A DNA stretch of 63,382 nt, the filler included, from Octopus bimaculoides (lineage: Eukaryota), in assembly GCF_001194135.2 (NCBI RefSeq). It is 8 parts of 8 records of this genome, joined end to end, with 100 filler letters (N's around TTAATTAATTAA, not from the genome) between each part and the next. Parts side by side here need not be neighbours in the genome. Positions count along the whole stretch, not along the records: positions 53,090 to 63,382 come from NC_069001.1; 7 more parts are not named here. One strand, given 5' to 3'. Under the pieces are notes generated by a model. The model did no database searches. It had not been told where the DNA came from and was given only the letters and a program-made list of their open reading frames with translations. Every line of letters starts with the position of its first letter. Positions within the stretch are counted from its first letter, which is position 1. Of the stretch, positions 60,104 to 63,382 are shown one piece after another. The translations under genes were made by a program, and so were the position numbers.

Positions 60104-60862
60104 GTGGGGGTGGAGTTTGTGTGTGTGCATGAATGTGTGTGCGTTCGTTTTATTGATGCATAGCTGCTCGTTAATACTAATAATGCATTGATATTTTATT
60201 TAAAACTGTCTTGGACGAATCCGATTGGTTGTTTCACGTTTCAAATTGATTCCTTTCTATTTTTCCATTTTCTCATTTCCTCTTCCTGGAATCATTTATT
60301 TATTTACACACNNNNNNNNNNNNNNNNNNNNNNNNNNNNNNNNNNNNNNNNNNNNNNNNNNNNNNNNNNNNNNNNNNNNNNNNNNNNNNNNNNNNNNNNN
60401 NNNNNNNNNNNNNNNNNNNNNNNNNNNNNNNNNNNNNNNNNNNNNNNNNNNNNNNNNNNNNNNNNNNNNNNNNNNNNNNNNNNNNNNNNNNNNNNNNNNN
60501 NNNNNNNNNNNNNNNNNNNNNNNNNNNNNNNNNNNNNNNNNNNNNNNNNNNNNNNNNNNNNNNNNNNNNNNNNNNNNNNNNNNNNNNNNNNNNNNNNNNN
60601 NNNNNNNNNNNNNNNNNNNNNNNNNNNNNNNNNNNNNNNNNNNNNNNNNNGCGCGCGCGTGCGTTTAGCTATTCTGCTGTTTCTATTTTTACATTATGTA
60701 ATATGTTTTGCAAGGGAAAGGTGGGGGTGAGCGTGGGAGGGGGGTGTGTGTATTTTTTAAGGACTCACTGAGCGAGATTGGAGGGAAGAATACGGTTTTG
60801 TATGTATTTATGCATGTGTGTGTGTGTGTTTGTCTGTGTCTGTATATATGCATATGCATGAA

Positions 60863-60909
<47 letters not shown>

Positions 60910-61429
60910 ATAGATATATACATATATCTATATATATATATACAGATATAGCTATATGTACAATTATGTTTGTAGGTACGCATACGTATGTTTATATGCG
61001 TCTATGTATGTATATATGCGCGTTTATTTATGTACACGTATATATATATATATGTATGTATACAATCATATGTGTGTAGATATTTGTGCGTTATGTTTGT
61101 ATGTATGTGTATATGTATGTAAACACAGTCGTTGAATCAATTGATTCGAAAAGAAAGTAAATTAAAGATTTATTCCAACGCTATTCCCGTGTTCCGGTTG
61201 CTGCCTACTAAACCTGATGATGTGGCGGAGCGAATCAACAACTCGGAACTCATGAATAGACTTAACCCACACAGACAAACATCATTTCTTTTTTTCCCAT
61301 CTTCACGTTTGCACATACATTTTCACCATTCACTAATGCATGCAATCACACACACACACACTCACACTCACACTCACACTCACACGCTCATACGCACTCA
61401 CAGAATATATATATGAACATGTTTATGTT

Positions 61430-61487
<58 letters not shown>

Positions 61488-62030
61488 TATATGTATGTAT
61501 GTATTTATTTATATATGTGTATAGTTACGTGTAGTATGTTTTCAGGTGGTCATTCTATCATTATAATTACACGCACTAGAATTTTCTTACTATTAATTAA
61601 CTAATTTTTACTAATTAATTATTTGAACGGTTTATCAAATTCATTCAGCACACATCTGTGGCCTTCCCAATGATTTCCTCGCAAATGTTTATTTTTTTTT
61701 TTACCTTTTCCGTTCATTAAGTCTGGTATTTATACGTATTTAAGCTTTTGTGCATCGATATATGTGTGTGTATATTAGTAATATGCGAGTTCGTATTAGT
61801 GACGTGTGTGTGTGTGTGTGTCAGCGTCCACCTGACTGTGTGCGTGTCCGACTGCGTGTTTTTTTTCTTTATTTTTTTAGTGTTCGGAAAGCTTCAGTTT
61901 GAAATGAAATATACGACACTCAAGTTGTAGTATTGAGTACTAGCTTTTCTCGTTCATGCTCGCATTTATGTGTTTGGTTACATGCATACATATATATGTA
62001 AATACACACACTCACACGTATTTATTATCT

Positions 62031-62297
62031 TTTATTTCTAATTGTTCCAGTCATTAGACTACAGCCACACTGGGGCAGGGATGTAAACAAACCAATACTG
62101 GTTGTCAAGCGGTAGGGATGAATAAATACAGACATAAAAGCAAACACACACACTTAGATATACACAATTTCCGTCTACCAAATTCACTCACAAGGCATTT
62201 GTCACTCACAACTATATAGAAGACACTTCTTGGCCAAAATGCCATGCAATGGCAACGAAATCACGCTGTTGCAAAGCGGGCCTCTTAACCACACAGC
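62031..62297 (-). mobile_element. Diverged and deleted SINE family A
   Basis: ccagtcattagactacagccac..ttgtcaagcgg..ttccgtctaccaaattcactcacaagg..cttaaccacacagccac. Confidence 0.7.
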
Positions 62298-62490
62298 CAC
62301 AGTTGTTTATGAAGCCGATGTTACATCAGCACTCAACATAATTGAGAAGAAAAATTATATCGGTGTATGCGAAGGCAATTTTAAAAACTGTTATGCAAAC
62401 CACCAGTCTTCTTTCCGACATATTAATAAAAATAAGGCCACTACGTTGGTTAGCTATGTATGGTATCTGAAAACCAAATGGACACCGTGT
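62298..62490 (+). mobile_element. Penelope-like GIY-YIG endonuclease fragment
   Basis: VVYEADV..KNYIGVCEGNFKNCYANHQSSFRH..KATTLVSYVWYLK. Confidence 0.85.
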
Positions 62491-62540
62491 GTGTGTGTGT
62501 GTATATATATACATGCATGCATATATATTTGTATATATAG

Positions 62541-62840
62541 TGAGGCCGTATAGCTTAGTGATTAGGGTGTTGCACTCATGATCTAGCGATCATGGTTTCA
62601 ATTCCTAGACCGGGTGGTGCGTTGTATTCTTGAGCAAAACACTTCATCTCACATTGCTCCGCGATCACTTTGACACCTGACGCGTGGCACACTGTGCACC
62701 TGTTCAGGTAACGTTAATTTGATGGAAAGAGTCAGCTAATGTGCAGCACAAACATCCGATCACAATAAACAAATCATTTGTGTAGGTCGTTCGGCAAAAG
62801 CTGAAACATGCATACGTCGTCTTCGACGAGAGTGTCCATG
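62541..62840 (+). mobile_element. tRNA/CORE-like SINE (family C-related, different 3' tail)
   Basis: tagcttagtgattagggtg (A box), ggtttcaattcc (B-box-like), ttgtattcttgagcaaaacactt core like 27104-27442. Confidence 0.75.
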
Positions 62841-63090
62841 ATATATACACACATATATATATATATATGTATGTATGAATATATGTGTACATATATATAT
62901 AAAAAATTGCAAGGTACCGCATGAGTGAAAATATATAGGAAAGAGTGTTTGAAAATGCAGAGGTCTTTTAAAGATGTTTATTGACCGGTTTCACTTTTTC
63001 AAAAAGAAGAAGAAACGATTATCAAAAGTAAAATGTAAAACTTTGTATAAGCTTTGTTGTGTTACAAAATATTGGTATATACACATATAT

Positions 63091-63104
<14 letters not shown>

Positions 63105-63125
<21 letters not shown>

Positions 63126-63336
63126 TGTCTGTGTTTGTCCCCCATCACCGCTTGACAACCGGTGTCGATTTGGCTGGCGGCTCGACAAAATCGATCGATA
63201 GAATTAGTGCAATGCTTTGAAACAAGACAAACAAAAAATAGTAATAATGGGGTCGATACATTCGATTGAAATTCTTGAAGGTGGTGCCCTAGCATGGCCG
63301 CAGTCTAATGACTGAAACAAGTAAAAGATAAAAGGT
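63105..63336 (+). mobile_element. SINE family A, 3' half
   Basis: tttgtccccc..gcttgacaacc..ggtgccctagcatggccgcagtctaatgactgaaacaagtaaaag. Confidence 0.85.
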
Positions 63337-63382
63337 GTATGTGTGTGAGTATATACATATATCTATCTATCTATCTATCTAT

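Noticed and set aside
7644-60730. Long ORFs containing X runs or (YI)n, (CV)n, (HT)n or poly-V/L/N
   Set aside because: They arise from N gaps and di- or trinucleotide microsatellites.
62790-62840. SINE tail similarity to the RTE/BovB tail at 26620-26656
   Set aside because: Only short scattered matches (gtcttc, acgag, ccat). Not enough by eye.

Overview
Eukaryotic, AT-rich, gap-ridden, almost entirely repeat-derived DNA. The SINE and LINE families look like those of an octopus (inference from recalled repeat families, not a database hit). I found no intact host protein-coding gene. The window is a graveyard of decayed transposons: CR1-like, RTE (one with a PHD finger) and R4/Dong LINEs, several Penelope-like elements (PLEs), a Gypsy-like LTR element, mariner, DD37D, pogo/Tc2 and Chapaev3 DNA transposons, MITEs, and about 18 tRNA-derived SINE copies or fragments. 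Best leads: (1) four candidate type-I hammerhead ribozymes with palindromic stem III, one with an intact core in a 365-bp direct-repeat unit (retrozyme-like) and three in PLE pseudo-LTR or leader regions with enlarged, branched stem II; (2) a Gypsy-like LTR with no tRNA primer-binding site, an oligo(A) tract in its place and a putative 63-nt intron in the LTR; (3) a nested insertion with a 5-bp TSD inside a pogo transposase; (4) a LINE/SINE shared 3' stem-loop with a compensatory base change. Seven 100-bp gaps contain an artificial TTAATTAATTAA linker, so contiguity across them is not guaranteed. All alignments and folds were done by eye.
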